Below are positions 8,520 to 16,553 of a stretch of DNA of 24,000 nt, piece after piece. The DNA lies in assembly GCF_900079115.1 (NCBI RefSeq), contig NZ_LT549890.1:1-24000 (forward strand). The letters run 5' to 3'. Made by a program: the position numbers and the translations under genes. The stretch is from Saccharolobus solfataricus. GTDB taxonomy: Archaea > Thermoproteota > Thermoprotei_A > Sulfolobales > Sulfolobaceae. The notes under the pieces were generated by a model. That model searched no databases, was not told where the DNA came from, and worked only from the letters and a program-made list of their open reading frames with translations. Numbering within the stretch: the stretch's first letter is position 1; every line of letters starts with the position of its first letter.

Positions 8520-11444
8520 TTGAAGGTGATTTCGGTGAAAAAGAGTTTGATAATATTACTTTTTGTAATATTATCTCCTATAACATATTTAACATTACCA
8601 CTATCCTCACAATCCACTCCTATTCAAGGATATGCGACAAGTAGTGAGTTGATAACACCCGGCGAAATTGAGGTACCAATAACCTTTCATTTGATTAACT
8701 TAGGTCAAACCTTAACTGAGGTTACAATAACCCCTGCAGATACTTATCCGTTTTACCTTTACCCCTATAATAATGGAACTGAACTTACACACATACCCTT
8801 GTGGAATCAAGGACAGACAGTAAATGTTACTTACTTGTTTGATATAGCTAGTACTGCTAAGACTGGTACATATACTGATGTAGTTGTAGTTCAAGGTATC
8901 ACTACCTCTGGTACCCAAGTAACTTATGATGTTTTAGTACCAGTAGTAATAGCTGGCTATGTTAATTTCTCCGCATCATCAGTATGGGGAACAACATCAA
9001 ACCCAATGGTAGTAGGACCAGGAGAAAACAACATCCCACTAACAATAATACTACAAAACTTAGGTAATTCGTTAGTCACCAATATAACATTAGAACTAAA
9101 CTCACAGTTTCCAGTTGGATTCCTACAAAATAACGCTACAATTTCCGCAATACCAGCAGGATATTATGGAGAGGTAACTGTAATGACTTCAGTATATCCT
9201 AATGCAACTGAAGGTTTGTATTACATCAAGCTAAATGTAATATACTATCATAATGCGACTACTACAGTATTAGTACCTATTGATATAGGATCATCTAATC
9301 AAGTGTCACTAGAGGACGCATGGGGTACACCATCAGACCCGATGGTAGCTGCGCCTGGTGAAACTTTACTTCCCCTCACTATTTACGTAAAGAATCTTGG
9401 CGAGAACCTACTATCCAATGTCATGTTAATATTGCAATCTCACTATCCAATTCAATTCCTCCAAAATTACACAATGATAGGTTTCGTACCAGCTGGAGGT
9501 TATAATTACGTTACAGTAGTAGCAAACGTCTATAAGAACGTAACACCTGGAGTATATTACGTACCAATAACCTTAGTGGCATACGATGGAGGGTTCATGC
9601 AGACTTTTGAAATGCCAGTCTACGTTTTAGGCTATGTTAATTTCTCCGCATCATCAGTATGGGGAACAACATCAAACCCAATGGTAGTAGGACCAGGAGA
9701 AAACAACATCCCACTAACAATAATACTACAAAACTCTGGGATAGTTACTGTAACTAACGCAACCTTGTTCCTACAATCACAGTATCCGGTACAGTTTCTA
9801 CAGAACAATGTAACCCTTGGGAACGTCCCAGCCGGCTATCCTATACCAGTAACAGTACTAGCAAACGTTTATCCTAACGTAACAAATACCGGTGTTTACT
9901 ACATAACCGCAAAAGTGATGTATTACGATGGTGTGATACAATATGTAAAGGTCCCAATATATATAGAGTCACTAAATCAAGTTTCGGTAGAGGGTATATG
10001 GGGTTCTTTATCTAATCCAATACTGGTAGCTCCGGGTGAGAACAATGTACCACTAACGCTAGTGATAAAGAATCTTGGTGAAAACCTACTATCAAACGTA
10101 AGCCTAATATTGCAATCTCATTATCCGATACAATTCCTCCAGCAAAACGCCTCCGTTGGTTTCGTTCCCGCTGGTAGCTACAATTACGTAACAGTGACGG
10201 CCAACGTGTTTCCAAATGCAACTCCAGGAGTATACTACATACCAGCAACCCTAGTGGCTTATGGTGGATTTAAGGAAAACATAATGATAACTGTTGATAT
10301 CCTAGGATATGTTACAATACAAGCTCAAAGCTTGTGGGGAGAAGTAACATCCCCAATAACGGTCTCCTCAGGTGAGACTGATGTACCTTTAACGGTTTTA
10401 CTCAAAAACACTGGTGACGTTAATATTCTTAATGCTACCCTAGTTTTCCAGAACGTAGAGTATCCATTAATCTTCCATCAGGCCACTGCACAAATCGGTA
10501 TTGTACCAGCTGGTCAAGAGAATTATGCAACAGTTACTGTAAGTGTGTTTCCAAATGCAACTCCAGGAGTATACTACATACCAGCAACTCTATATTACTT
10601 CAATCATCAAACCACAATAACAGTTCCAATAACAATTTATTCACCTAATATTTCAGTAAATTTAGTAACTATTCCACCTCAAGTATTTCCTAGCTATTAT
10701 GATGTTAGATTATTGGTAATTTTAACAAACTTTGGAGGTGGTATAGCGGAAAACGCTAACGTGAGCATTCAATCACCATTCCAAGTTATATCTTCTAATC
10801 CACTACACTTAGGAGCACTACCAGTGGGAGTCCCCATCAATGCCACATTTCTTATTAATGTTCCAAATAATACAGTGCCTAAAATCTACATTGTAAACAT
10901 TACTATTAACTATGATGGTGGAAAAGAAACGTATCAATATCCATTACAGATATATCCCAAGGCTAATCTGATAGTAGTAGGAGTTTCTTATCCTTCACTA
11001 AGTGCAGGAGACAGCAACGTGCCAATTACAATAACTCTTAAAAACGCTGGAAATTCGACAGCTAAGAACGTTATAGTTAGGCTAGGAACTTCCAATCTAA
11101 TATATCCTCATGTGAGTTCATCAAACCCATTGCAAGCATTAACAGCATCTGAGGTATTCGCTGGAGATATTGCACCCGGACAAGCAATAAATGTAACTTT
11201 TGTAGTCGATGTAAGTGGTGGAGCGTCTGCTGGAACTTACCCATTAGCAATTGCTTTGATATGGAATCAAACTGGTGCACTATTTCCATTTGAGCAGTCT
11301 GATACATTCTACGTAACAATATCTCCTCCATTCTATGAACAGTTCTTTAAATCACCTATTGGCATAATAACAATTATAGTAATAATAGTTATAATTATAG
11401 TGATTGCTGCCGTACTCCTAAGAGTAAGAAATAAAAGAAGATAA
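8520..11444 (+). CDS. Large secreted, membrane-anchored cell-surface protein built from ~8 tandem ~110-aa beta-rich domains (CARDB/NEW3/COG1361-like)
   Basis: 974 aa with an N-terminal signal/TM segment ('KKSLIILLFVILSPITYL'). The recurring module is 'W G..S.P..V.PGE..VPLT..L.N.G...L.N..L.L.S.YP..FLQ......G.VPAG....VTV.ANV.PN.TPGVYY.P'. I count about 25 N-x-S/T sequons. The C-terminal TM anchor 'IGIITIIVIIVIIIVIAAVLL' is followed by the basic tail 'RVRNKRR'. The start is uncertain: TTG 8520, or GTG 8526/8535. GTG 8535 fits the TATA-like 'TTTAGATATAT' at about 8505-8515. Confidence 0.75.
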   Translation: MKVISVKKSLIILLFVILSPITYLTLPLSSQSTPIQGYATSSELITPGEIEVPITFHLINLGQTLTEVTITPADTYPFYLYPYNNGTELTHIPLWNQGQTVNVTYLFDIASTAKTGTYTDVVVVQGITTSGTQVTYDVLVPVVIAGYVNFSASSVWGTTSNPMVVGPGENNIPLTIILQNLGNSLVTNITLELNSQFPVGFLQNNATISAIPAGYYGEVTVMTSVYPNATEGLYYIKLNVIYYHNATTTVLVPIDIGSSNQVSLEDAWGTPSDPMVAAPGETLLPLTIYVKNLGENLLSNVMLILQSHYPIQFLQNYTMIGFVPAGGYNYVTVVANVYKNVTPGVYYVPITLVAYDGGFMQTFEMPVYVLGYVNFSASSVWGTTSNPMVVGPGENNIPLTIILQNSGIVTVTNATLFLQSQYPVQFLQNNVTLGNVPAGYPIPVTVLANVYPNVTNTGVYYITAKVMYYDGVIQYVKVPIYIESLNQVSVEGIWGSLSNPILVAPGENNVPLTLVIKNLGENLLSNVSLILQSHYPIQFLQQNASVGFVPAGSYNYVTVTANVFPNATPGVYYIPATLVAYGGFKENIMITVDILGYVTIQAQSLWGEVTSPITVSSGETDVPLTVLLKNTGDVNILNATLVFQNVEYPLIFHQATAQIGIVPAGQENYATVTVSVFPNATPGVYYIPATLYYFNHQTTITVPITIYSPNISVNLVTIPPQVFPSYYDVRLLVILTNFGGGIAENANVSIQSPFQVISSNPLHLGALPVGVPINATFLINVPNNTVPKIYIVNITINYDGGKETYQYPLQIYPKANLIVVGVSYPSLSAGDSNVPITITLKNAGNSTAKNVIVRLGTSNLIYPHVSSSNPLQALTASEVFAGDIAPGQAINVTFVVDVSGGASAGTYPLAIALIWNQTGALFPFEQSDTFYVTISPPFYEQFFKSPIGIITIIVIIVIIIVIAAVLLRVRNKRR
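8955..9060. repeat. 106-bp perfect direct repeat, copy 1 (partner 9630-9735)
   Basis: Identical string 'GGCTATGTTAATTTCTCCGCATCATCAGTATGGGGAACAACATCAAACCCAATGGTAGTAGGACCAGGAGAAAACAACATCCCACTAACAATAATACTACAAAACT' at both sites. The offset is 675 bp (225 codons, in frame). Confidence 0.95.
9630..9735. repeat. 106-bp perfect direct repeat, copy 2 (partner 8955-9060)
   Basis: See copy 1. It encodes 'GYVNFSASSVWGTTSNPMVVGPGENNIPLTIILQN' in both domains. Confidence 0.95.
10206..10249. repeat. 44-bp perfect direct repeat, copy 1 (partner 10545-10588)
   Basis: 'GTGTTTCCAAATGCAACTCCAGGAGTATACTACATACCAGCAAC' occurs at both sites. The offset is 339 bp (113 codons). It encodes 'VFPNATPGVYYIPAT'. Confidence 0.95.
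10545..10588. repeat. 44-bp perfect direct repeat, copy 2 (partner 10206-10249)
   Basis: See copy 1. Confidence 0.95.
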
Positions 11445-11460
11445 AAATATCTTTAAAATT

Positions 11461-11616
11461 ATGATAAGAGCTTTTCTACTTTTAACATTGTTTTTTAGAC
11501 CAATTTATTCGGAGTTAGCCTTAGTCCTCTCTTTAATACTCATACTATTAATACTTCTTCTTTCTTCTTTATCCTTATTAATAAAAATCTTAAGGCTACT
11601 GAAAAATATATATTAA
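11461..11616 (+). CDS. Possible 51-aa hydrophobic micro-protein (MIRAFLLLTLFFRPIYSELALVLSLILILLILLLSSLSLLIKILRLLKNIY)
   Basis: My own translation; it is below the ORF-track cutoff. The ATG lies 17 nt after the surface-protein stop. It has two predicted hydrophobic helices. L/I richness could also arise by chance in AT-rich DNA. Confidence 0.25.
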   Translation: MIRAFLLLTLFFRPIYSELALVLSLILILLILLLSSLSLLIKILRLLKNIY

Positions 11617-11993
11617 ACTAGAAACTAAAGAAAACATGTTAGGGTAAAATCTGTAATTTAATGATGCTGTTAATTTTACATAGGTTGAAAATAATGAAGT
11701 TAAATGGTTTATCGTTAGAATACGATAGAGCATTTGACTTAACAAGACTTTGAATGTAAGTTAGAAGATCTTTTAATAACTGCTTTGTGGACTTGTTAAT
11801 TTTCGCATAGGGTTAAGAGGTCTTGCAAACATAAACTGTACATATGATCACTAATTGAAACAAAGATAATAGTAAGCTTAATGAAAAATATCCAACATAT
11901 CAATTAAGCGTTTAACAATCATTTCTTTATGTAGAAGAAGTGGATTTTCTTTAGATCTAGCATTGATATATATTATCGTTATACATAATATAG

Positions 11994-12011
11994 AATTTTT
12001 AATTAAAAATT
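11994..12011. repeat. 18-bp perfect AT-only palindrome AATTTTTAATTAAAAATT
   Basis: The self-complementarity is read directly from the sequence. It is followed by tandem 'AAAATATA AAAATATA' and a 10-bp palindrome GCAAGCTTGC (12052-12061). It lies ~100 bp upstream of the TRIC gene. Function unknown. Confidence 0.9.
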
Positions 12012-12074
12012 AAAAATATAAAAATATAATTATCATAAACCTATAATATATGCAAGCTTGCGATAGCTTAGAGG

Positions 12075-12086
12075 AAAAATTATAAG
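12075..12086 (+). promoter_or_regulatory. TATA-like box for the TRIC-family gene
   Basis: 'AAAAATTATAAG' is centred ~26 nt upstream of the ATG at 12108, consistent with a leaderless transcript. Confidence 0.4.
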
Positions 12087-12107
12087 TTTCTAAGAGTTTC
12101 TCTGAAA

Positions 12108-12725
12108 ATGTATATGATCCTAGAATTACTTAACATAATTGGTATAATTGCATTTACAATTTCTGGTTCTCTTAAGGGAACTAATAAGGGACTAGATATT
12201 TTTGGTGTTGTAACTCTAGGTGTAATAACTAGTTATGCCGGAGGTATAATTGCAGATATCTTACTGGGCATATATCCACCACAGATACTAAAGGAATTGA
12301 ATTACCTACTACTAAGTGTAGGTATTTCCATTTTCGTCTTTTACTTCTATAAATGGTTACAGACTAATCCTATAAAGATGATAATTGCGATAAGTGATGC
12401 AGTAGGACTTTCAACTTTTGCTACATTAGGTGCATCATTAGCTTACTCTTATGGGTTAAATCCAATATCAGTTGGATTAATTGCGGCTATTGTTGGCACT
12501 GGTGGAGGTGTGATAAGAGATGTTCTTGTAAACGAAATTCCTATGGTACTTACAAAGGAAATATATGCTACTGCAGCCCTTCTTAGTGGATTTATATACT
12601 ATTTCACTACTCCTTATTTACATCATGATAGTTTATTTGTAGCTTTTCTGGGTTCATTTTTATTGAGAATACTTTCAATAAAATACAATTTTAATTTACC
12701 TAAAAGGGAAGACAACAAAAGCTAA
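12108..12725 (+). CDS. Prokaryotic TRIC-family cation channel (UPF0126; YadS/YicG family)
   Basis: 205 aa with seven predicted TM helices. Internally duplicated UPF0126 halves carry the glycine-kink motifs 'YAGGIIADILLG' and 'GTGGGVIRDVLV'. Confidence 0.8.
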   Translation: MYMILELLNIIGIIAFTISGSLKGTNKGLDIFGVVTLGVITSYAGGIIADILLGIYPPQILKELNYLLLSVGISIFVFYFYKWLQTNPIKMIIAISDAVGLSTFATLGASLAYSYGLNPISVGLIAAIVGTGGGVIRDVLVNEIPMVLTKEIYATAALLSGFIYYFTTPYLHHDSLFVAFLGSFLLRILSIKYNFNLPKREDNKS

Positions 12726-12731
12726 TCCTTG

Positions 12732-12911
12732 CTATCTCTTTATATAGTAGAAATATCTCCCTCTTCTGCCTACCTTATTTTCCTTAATAAGTTGGGACAA
12801 CGCATTGTAAACTTCTGGGGCAGGGTACGGTATATATTTCAATAAGTCATTAAATGTTATCCACTCCCTATCCTTTATTATTTTTTCTACAGACTGTTTA
12901 ACATCTTCCAT
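12732..12911 (-). CDS. Possible 59-aa winged-helix DNA-binding protein
   Basis: My own translation of the minus strand: MEDVKQSVEKIIKDREWITFNDLLKYIPYPAPEVYNALSQLIKENKVGRRGRYFYYIKR. It is one residue below the track cutoff. The helix-turn-helix-like segment and basic beta-wing 'GRRGRYFYYIK' suggest a wHTH. It is divergent from the ORF at 13015. Confidence 0.45.
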   Translation of the reverse strand: MEDVKQSVEKIIKDREWITFNDLLKYIPYPAPEVYNALSQLIKENKVGRRGRYFYYIKR

Positions 12912-13014
12912 ATATATTATAATATAACTAAATGTAAAATAAGTTTGTGTTAAAAAGGTTTGTAGATGTGTTATAAGATAATTTTATATTTATGGTCAAT
13001 CTTTTACCACTGCA

Positions 13015-13638
13015 TTGTTATTATACTTTAAGCCTACCAAAAAAGAAAGAGATATAAACGTTGCTTTGGAAATTGTATCTGAGTTATTCGCTTCGAGAAT
13101 TGGTAAACTAATGGGTTTGCCTATTCTAGAAGTGTCTTTAATAAAACATGGGGATGAAATAGGATTATTAATGGATTATTTACCGGATAAAGCTACAGAG
13201 CAGAATATATATAATTTAGATGAAATCAAGATGAGTTTAGCATTTGAAGAATGGATTCTAAACATAGATTTAAAAGAGGATCATGTACTATCAAAGAACG
13301 GAAAGGGATTCATCATTGATCATGGACATTCATTGTCTGCTTGGAAACCATTATACTATATAATACAAATCATAGATAAAAAGGTAAGTAGATTTAATTT
13401 GTGGGCTAGTGAGGATGATTTTAGAGATGGAATAGAACTGTTATCGTCAATAGATCATAATACTATATCTGAAATTCTTAAGGAAAGCTTCTCCGAGGTA
13501 GTTGAGAGTAATTTCTGCAAATTATTTACTAGGGAAGTTGCTGCCGAGTACATGGACTTGAATATTAAGATTTTGGAAAAAAGAATGAAATATCTGAAAG
13601 ATGGTAAGATTTTATTTACCTATAATTATAGGCAATAG
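13015..13638 (+). CDS. Hypothetical protein with an atypical protein-kinase / PI3-PI4-kinase-like catalytic core
   Basis: 207 aa with a TTG start. An in-frame stop at 12979-12981 limits any N-terminal extension. 'LLYFKP' (possible ATP-Lys strand), 'LLMDYLPD' (hinge-like), 'NIDLKEDHVL' (catalytic-loop-like) and 'FIIDHGHSL' (compare the DFG / 'HIDFGH' of PI3/4-kinases). There is no glycine-rich loop. The family assignment is tentative. Confidence 0.4.
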   Translation: MLLYFKPTKKERDINVALEIVSELFASRIGKLMGLPILEVSLIKHGDEIGLLMDYLPDKATEQNIYNLDEIKMSLAFEEWILNIDLKEDHVLSKNGKGFIIDHGHSLSAWKPLYYIIQIIDKKVSRFNLWASEDDFRDGIELLSSIDHNTISEILKESFSEVVESNFCKLFTREVAAEYMDLNIKILEKRMKYLKDGKILFTYNYRQ

Positions 13639-13995
13639 AAATATAGCAAACATTAGATTAAAAAATACAATTATAGTTATTATTGTATATAGCTTATTTC
13701 TCTCTGACGCAAACTGCGCAATCCCTAATAACACTCTAAGTACGGGGGTAGCTATTAGAACCATTAAGCCTAAGTATATATAATCTAAACCGTATAGCTT
13801 AGGCAGTCCACTAAATATTTCAGAGGGTTTGAAAATTGAACTATTAACAATTGAATTTGAACTTGATATCTGAGTGATAGTAAAGCCGTTTGAACCATTA
13901 TTCACAAATAGTAGAGCAACTCCGAAAATTATTATTATTGCACTAATTATTACGCCTATTCTTAACGTATTACCTATAATATTGTTAAAGTCCAT
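13612..13995 (-). CDS. DUF1634-family small membrane protein (usual partner of TauE/SafE permeases)
   Basis: 127 aa with 3-4 TM helices. The 'LIATPVLRVLLGIAQFASERNKLYTIIT' segment matches my recollection of the DUF1634 core. It overlaps the upstream TauE gene by 11 nt. Confidence 0.6.
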   Translation of the reverse strand: MDFNNIIGNTLRIGVIISAIIIIFGVALLFVNNGSNGFTITQISSSNSIVNSSIFKPSEIFSGLPKLYGLDYIYLGLMVLIATPVLRVLLGIAQFASERNKLYTIITIIVFFNLMFAIFLLPIIIGK

Positions 13996-14845
13996 ATCCG
14001 AACCCCCTTAGTATCATTTGAATTCCTAGAAAGATGAGAATTGCAGTAAAAATGTACCTTATAGTTTTATTTGTAACTCTAACTAATATTTTAGTCCCAA
14101 CAAACGCACCAATTAAAACACCCAATGCAGTACCTGCTGCCAAAAATGGCTGTATGTATCCGAATATCCAGTAAATTGAGCTCCCAGTTGCAGCTGTCAC
14201 GCCAATCATGAAGTTACTAGTAGTAGTACTAACTTTCATCGGTAAGTTCATAGCCCAATCCATACCTAAAACCTTGAGCGCACCGGAACCTATTCCCAAC
14301 AAACCAGAGATGAAACCAGCAAAGAACATAATTATTTCACCTAACCACCATCTAACACCATGATATTCAACCTCTTGTTTTAGGACTGTATCGTAATATT
14401 TCCCATAGAGCTCAAAAACTCTAGTTGTCCAATCTGGCTTAATGGGTTTAGGAAGTTCAAATTTAGACTTAGCAAGTTGTACATAAACCTGGGAAAGTAA
14501 GACAATTCCAAAGACAATGTATACTATAAATTCCAAGTGATGAGCGTAAATATAGGCCACTGTTAAGGCTCCAGCTATAGAGCCTGTTGTAGTAGCTATT
14601 TCAAGTCCCATTCCTATTTTGACGTTAGTTATTCTATCCTTAACGTAAGCACTTGCTGCACCACTAGAGGTTGCTATGGTTGAGATTAGACTAGCTCCAG
14701 AAGCATAGGCAATAGGCACATTTAGATATAATGTATAAATTGGTACTAAAAACGTGGCTCCACCTAAACCGGTTAAAGCGCCTAGTATACCTGAAAGAGC
14801 ACTTATTAGCACAACTGTAACAAAAAATTCTATTGGCGTCAACAT
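13985..14845 (-). CDS. TauE/SafE (DUF81) family anion (sulfite/organosulfonate) exporter
   Basis: 286 aa, polytopic, with internally repeated Gly-rich helices ('GILGALTGLGGATFLVP' and 'GLLGIGSGALKV') typical of DUF81. Confidence 0.8.
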   Translation of the reverse strand: MLTPIEFFVTVVLISALSGILGALTGLGGATFLVPIYTLYLNVPIAYASGASLISTIATSSGAASAYVKDRITNVKIGMGLEIATTTGSIAGALTVAYIYAHHLEFIVYIVFGIVLLSQVYVQLAKSKFELPKPIKPDWTTRVFELYGKYYDTVLKQEVEYHGVRWWLGEIIMFFAGFISGLLGIGSGALKVLGMDWAMNLPMKVSTTTSNFMIGVTAATGSSIYWIFGYIQPFLAAGTALGVLIGAFVGTKILVRVTNKTIRYIFTAILIFLGIQMILRGFGYGL

Positions 14846-14884
14846 AAAATATACTACTAACTAAATGGTTATTAAAGTATTCTA

Positions 14885-16279
14885 TCACTCTTCATCATAT
14901 TCAACTGGATCTTTAAGTCCATTGATCCTAAACGCCATCTTCCTCATATAACAAGGCCCACATTTCCCACAATGTTTTTGCCCACCTTCATAACAGCTCC
15001 AGGTCAAATGTAGTGGGGCACCAATTTCGTATCCCAGCTTTACTATTTCGTGCTTTACTAAATTACCAACTGGCATTAATATCTCAATTCTCTTGTTTGG
15101 ACCAGTTGCATATGGGCTTAACTTATTTAACATCCTTATGAATTCCATCTCGTTATCTGGATAAGCTCCAGCTTCCTCTAAATTTATTCCAGATGCTATG
15201 GCATCATATCCATAGGCTTCGGCAATTGCTAATGAAACAGAGAAGAAAATTAGATTTCTTGCAGGAACCCATTCATGTGCAAACTCTGCTCCTTCTTCTC
15301 CTTTCCTATCCTTAACTATCTCTCCTCCTCCCTTTATTAACGTGGCATGACCTATTATTTTGAATAAATCTGTATTTATTTCAAGCAGTGGTATTTGCAA
15401 ATATTCGGCAATTTTCCTCACGGCCTCTCTTTCCTTTTCCTCAGCCTTATGGTGGTAATTAAAGTGTATTAGAGTAACTTCATGACCTTCTCTTAGAAGT
15501 TTAGTTGCTGCTACAGTGGAATCTAACCCACCACTTGCCACAACAAGTACCCTATACTTCTTTCTTTTTTCCATGATAGGCAACGTAGTTATTAGTTTAT
15601 TCGAAGTGACCATTACTACCGAATATGGTTCCAATTTAGTTATATTTACTGGGTCGAATGGTTTTGCATCAAAATATTCGTCAAGAGATGTAAAGAATAG
15701 GGACTCCAACGAGTGGTCATAAGCCATGTATAATGGCTTAAAGTTCTGAGCTAGAAATATTCTATCAGGGTTTTTCTTATCTCCTATAACCAAAGCAAAA
15801 CTTCCTTTGATTTGCTCTAATATTCCCTTTAGTGCTTCAAGATTACCGTCCCACGTCTTGTCCAAAAGTAGTGGAAGAATTGCACTATCTATCTTAGTTT
15901 TTCTTTTTAATTCATATTTTTTCTCTAATTCTAAATCATTTGCGATTATTCCATTATGAGTTACAATATATCTGTCTCCAATAAAAGGTTGAATGTCGTC
16001 CTCAGTTTTCTGTCTAACGTATTCAGTAGTGGGTTCTGCCCTATTATTAGCTATGACAACCCTAGAGTCTTCATCTAAAATGCCGTATAGTAATTCCTCT
16101 TTTTCTGAGGGCTTTCCTATGGATTTTCTTACTTTTACTGTACCATCCTTTTGAATTACAACAATACCAAAACTGTCCCTACCCCTATCTTCTGCCTTTT
16201 TGAGGATACTAGCTAATTTCAGCTCAACTTTCTCAAAATTTTTAGGGTTTAATATGAGGACTCCAGATACACTGCACAC
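14885..16279 (-). CDS. GATase(class II)-QueC fusion: crenarchaeal archaeosine (G+) synthesis enzyme family
   Basis: 464 aa. The N-terminal Ntn amidotransferase has 'MCSVSGVL', 'RGRDSFG' and 'THNGII'. The C-terminal QueC-like PP-loop ATPase has '[13 protein letters not shown]' and the Zn cluster 'WSCY...[12 protein letters not shown]'. This fusion is the GAT-QueC family proposed to replace ArcS in Crenarchaeota. Confidence 0.85.
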   Translation of the reverse strand: MCSVSGVLILNPKNFEKVELKLASILKKAEDRGRDSFGIVVIQKDGTVKVRKSIGKPSEKEELLYGILDEDSRVVIANNRAEPTTEYVRQKTEDDIQPFIGDRYIVTHNGIIANDLELEKKYELKRKTKIDSAILPLLLDKTWDGNLEALKGILEQIKGSFALVIGDKKNPDRIFLAQNFKPLYMAYDHSLESLFFTSLDEYFDAKPFDPVNITKLEPYSVVMVTSNKLITTLPIMEKRKKYRVLVVASGGLDSTVAATKLLREGHEVTLIHFNYHHKAEEKEREAVRKIAEYLQIPLLEINTDLFKIIGHATLIKGGGEIVKDRKGEEGAEFAHEWVPARNLIFFSVSLAIAEAYGYDAIASGINLEEAGAYPDNEMEFIRMLNKLSPYATGPNKRIEILMPVGNLVKHEIVKLGYEIGAPLHLTWSCYEGGQKHCGKCGPCYMRKMAFRINGLKDPVEYDEE

Positions 16280-16298
16280 TTGTTTATACCTTTATAAC

Positions 16299-16520
16299 TT
16301 ACCTAAAAATCTGTCTAAACTCTAATTTTATCATAATTAGGTCTTCTTCTAAATTTTCGCCATCGACCATGGAGAATCCATATTTAGACGCTATGAAGGG
16401 AATGCTTTCTAATGTGTCTTCTGTTGTCACAAACGTAACAATATCTCCTAATTTACATTTGTCTTTCTGTTTAGATAGAAATGTCTCTACATCTTTTGTA
16501 CTATTAAGGATATCCACCAT
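16299..16520 (-). CDS. Small hypothetical protein, possibly TusA/SirA-like fold lacking the CPxP cysteine
   Basis: 73 aa. '[28 protein letters not shown]' parallels E. coli TusA '[29 protein letters not shown]' (comparison from memory). There is no N-terminal Cys-Pro motif. It lies 19 nt upstream of GAT-QueC on the same strand. Confidence 0.45.
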   Translation of the reverse strand: MVDILNSTKDVETFLSKQKDKCKLGDIVTFVTTEDTLESIPFIASKYGFSMVDGENLEEDLIMIKLEFRQIFR

Positions 16521-16553
16521 ACTTTTAACCTACATGAAATAGTTAATAAAATT

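Noticed and set aside
8955-10588. Perfect 106-bp and 44-bp direct repeats considered as CRISPR repeats, IS ends or MITEs
   Set aside because: They are in frame within one long ORF and encode equivalent positions of homologous protein domains. The spacings (675 and 339 bp) are whole domain multiples. There are only two copies of each and no terminal inverted repeats.
5548-11331. Antisense ORFs inside the TnpB-like, pepQ and surface-protein genes (5548-5760, 6001-6201, 7571-7795, 8046-8261, 8432-8617, 8712-8918, 10012-10248, 11077-11331)
   Set aside because: The reasoning is the same as above. No motifs are present, and the sense-strand genes are well supported.
11679-11862. Two ~18-nt imperfect direct repeats, plus 'GATCACTAATTGAAAC' faintly resembling the AATTGAAAG end of Sulfolobus CRISPR repeats, considered as a degenerate CRISPR remnant
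   Set aside because: There are only two diverged copies ~114 bp apart and a single partial match to a repeat terminus. There is no regular repeat-spacer periodicity. This is kept only as a minor note in the intergenic finding.
11445-12107. The long AT-rich gap considered as a replication origin
   Set aside because: I found no ORB/mini-ORB-like elements (no CCAGTGGAAAC-type motif) and no adjacent cdc6/orc1 or whiP gene. AT-richness alone is not diagnostic in this genome.
12992-13057. An ATG at 12992 considered as an alternative, longer start for the kinase-like ORF (possible frameshifted pseudogene)
   Set aside because: It is out of frame with the 13015 ORF and terminates after ~21 codons. 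An in-frame stop at 12979-12981 bounds the real frame. There is no evidence of a disrupted longer gene within the 103-bp spacer.
13601-13783. 60-aa + strand ORF overlapping the DUF1634 gene; also 14691-14888, 15516-15722, 18581-18802, 18961-19179, 20382-20573, 21321-21515, 21714-21911 and 22625-22819
   Set aside because: All are embedded in, or antisense to, stronger genes and have no recognisable features. They are treated as spurious.
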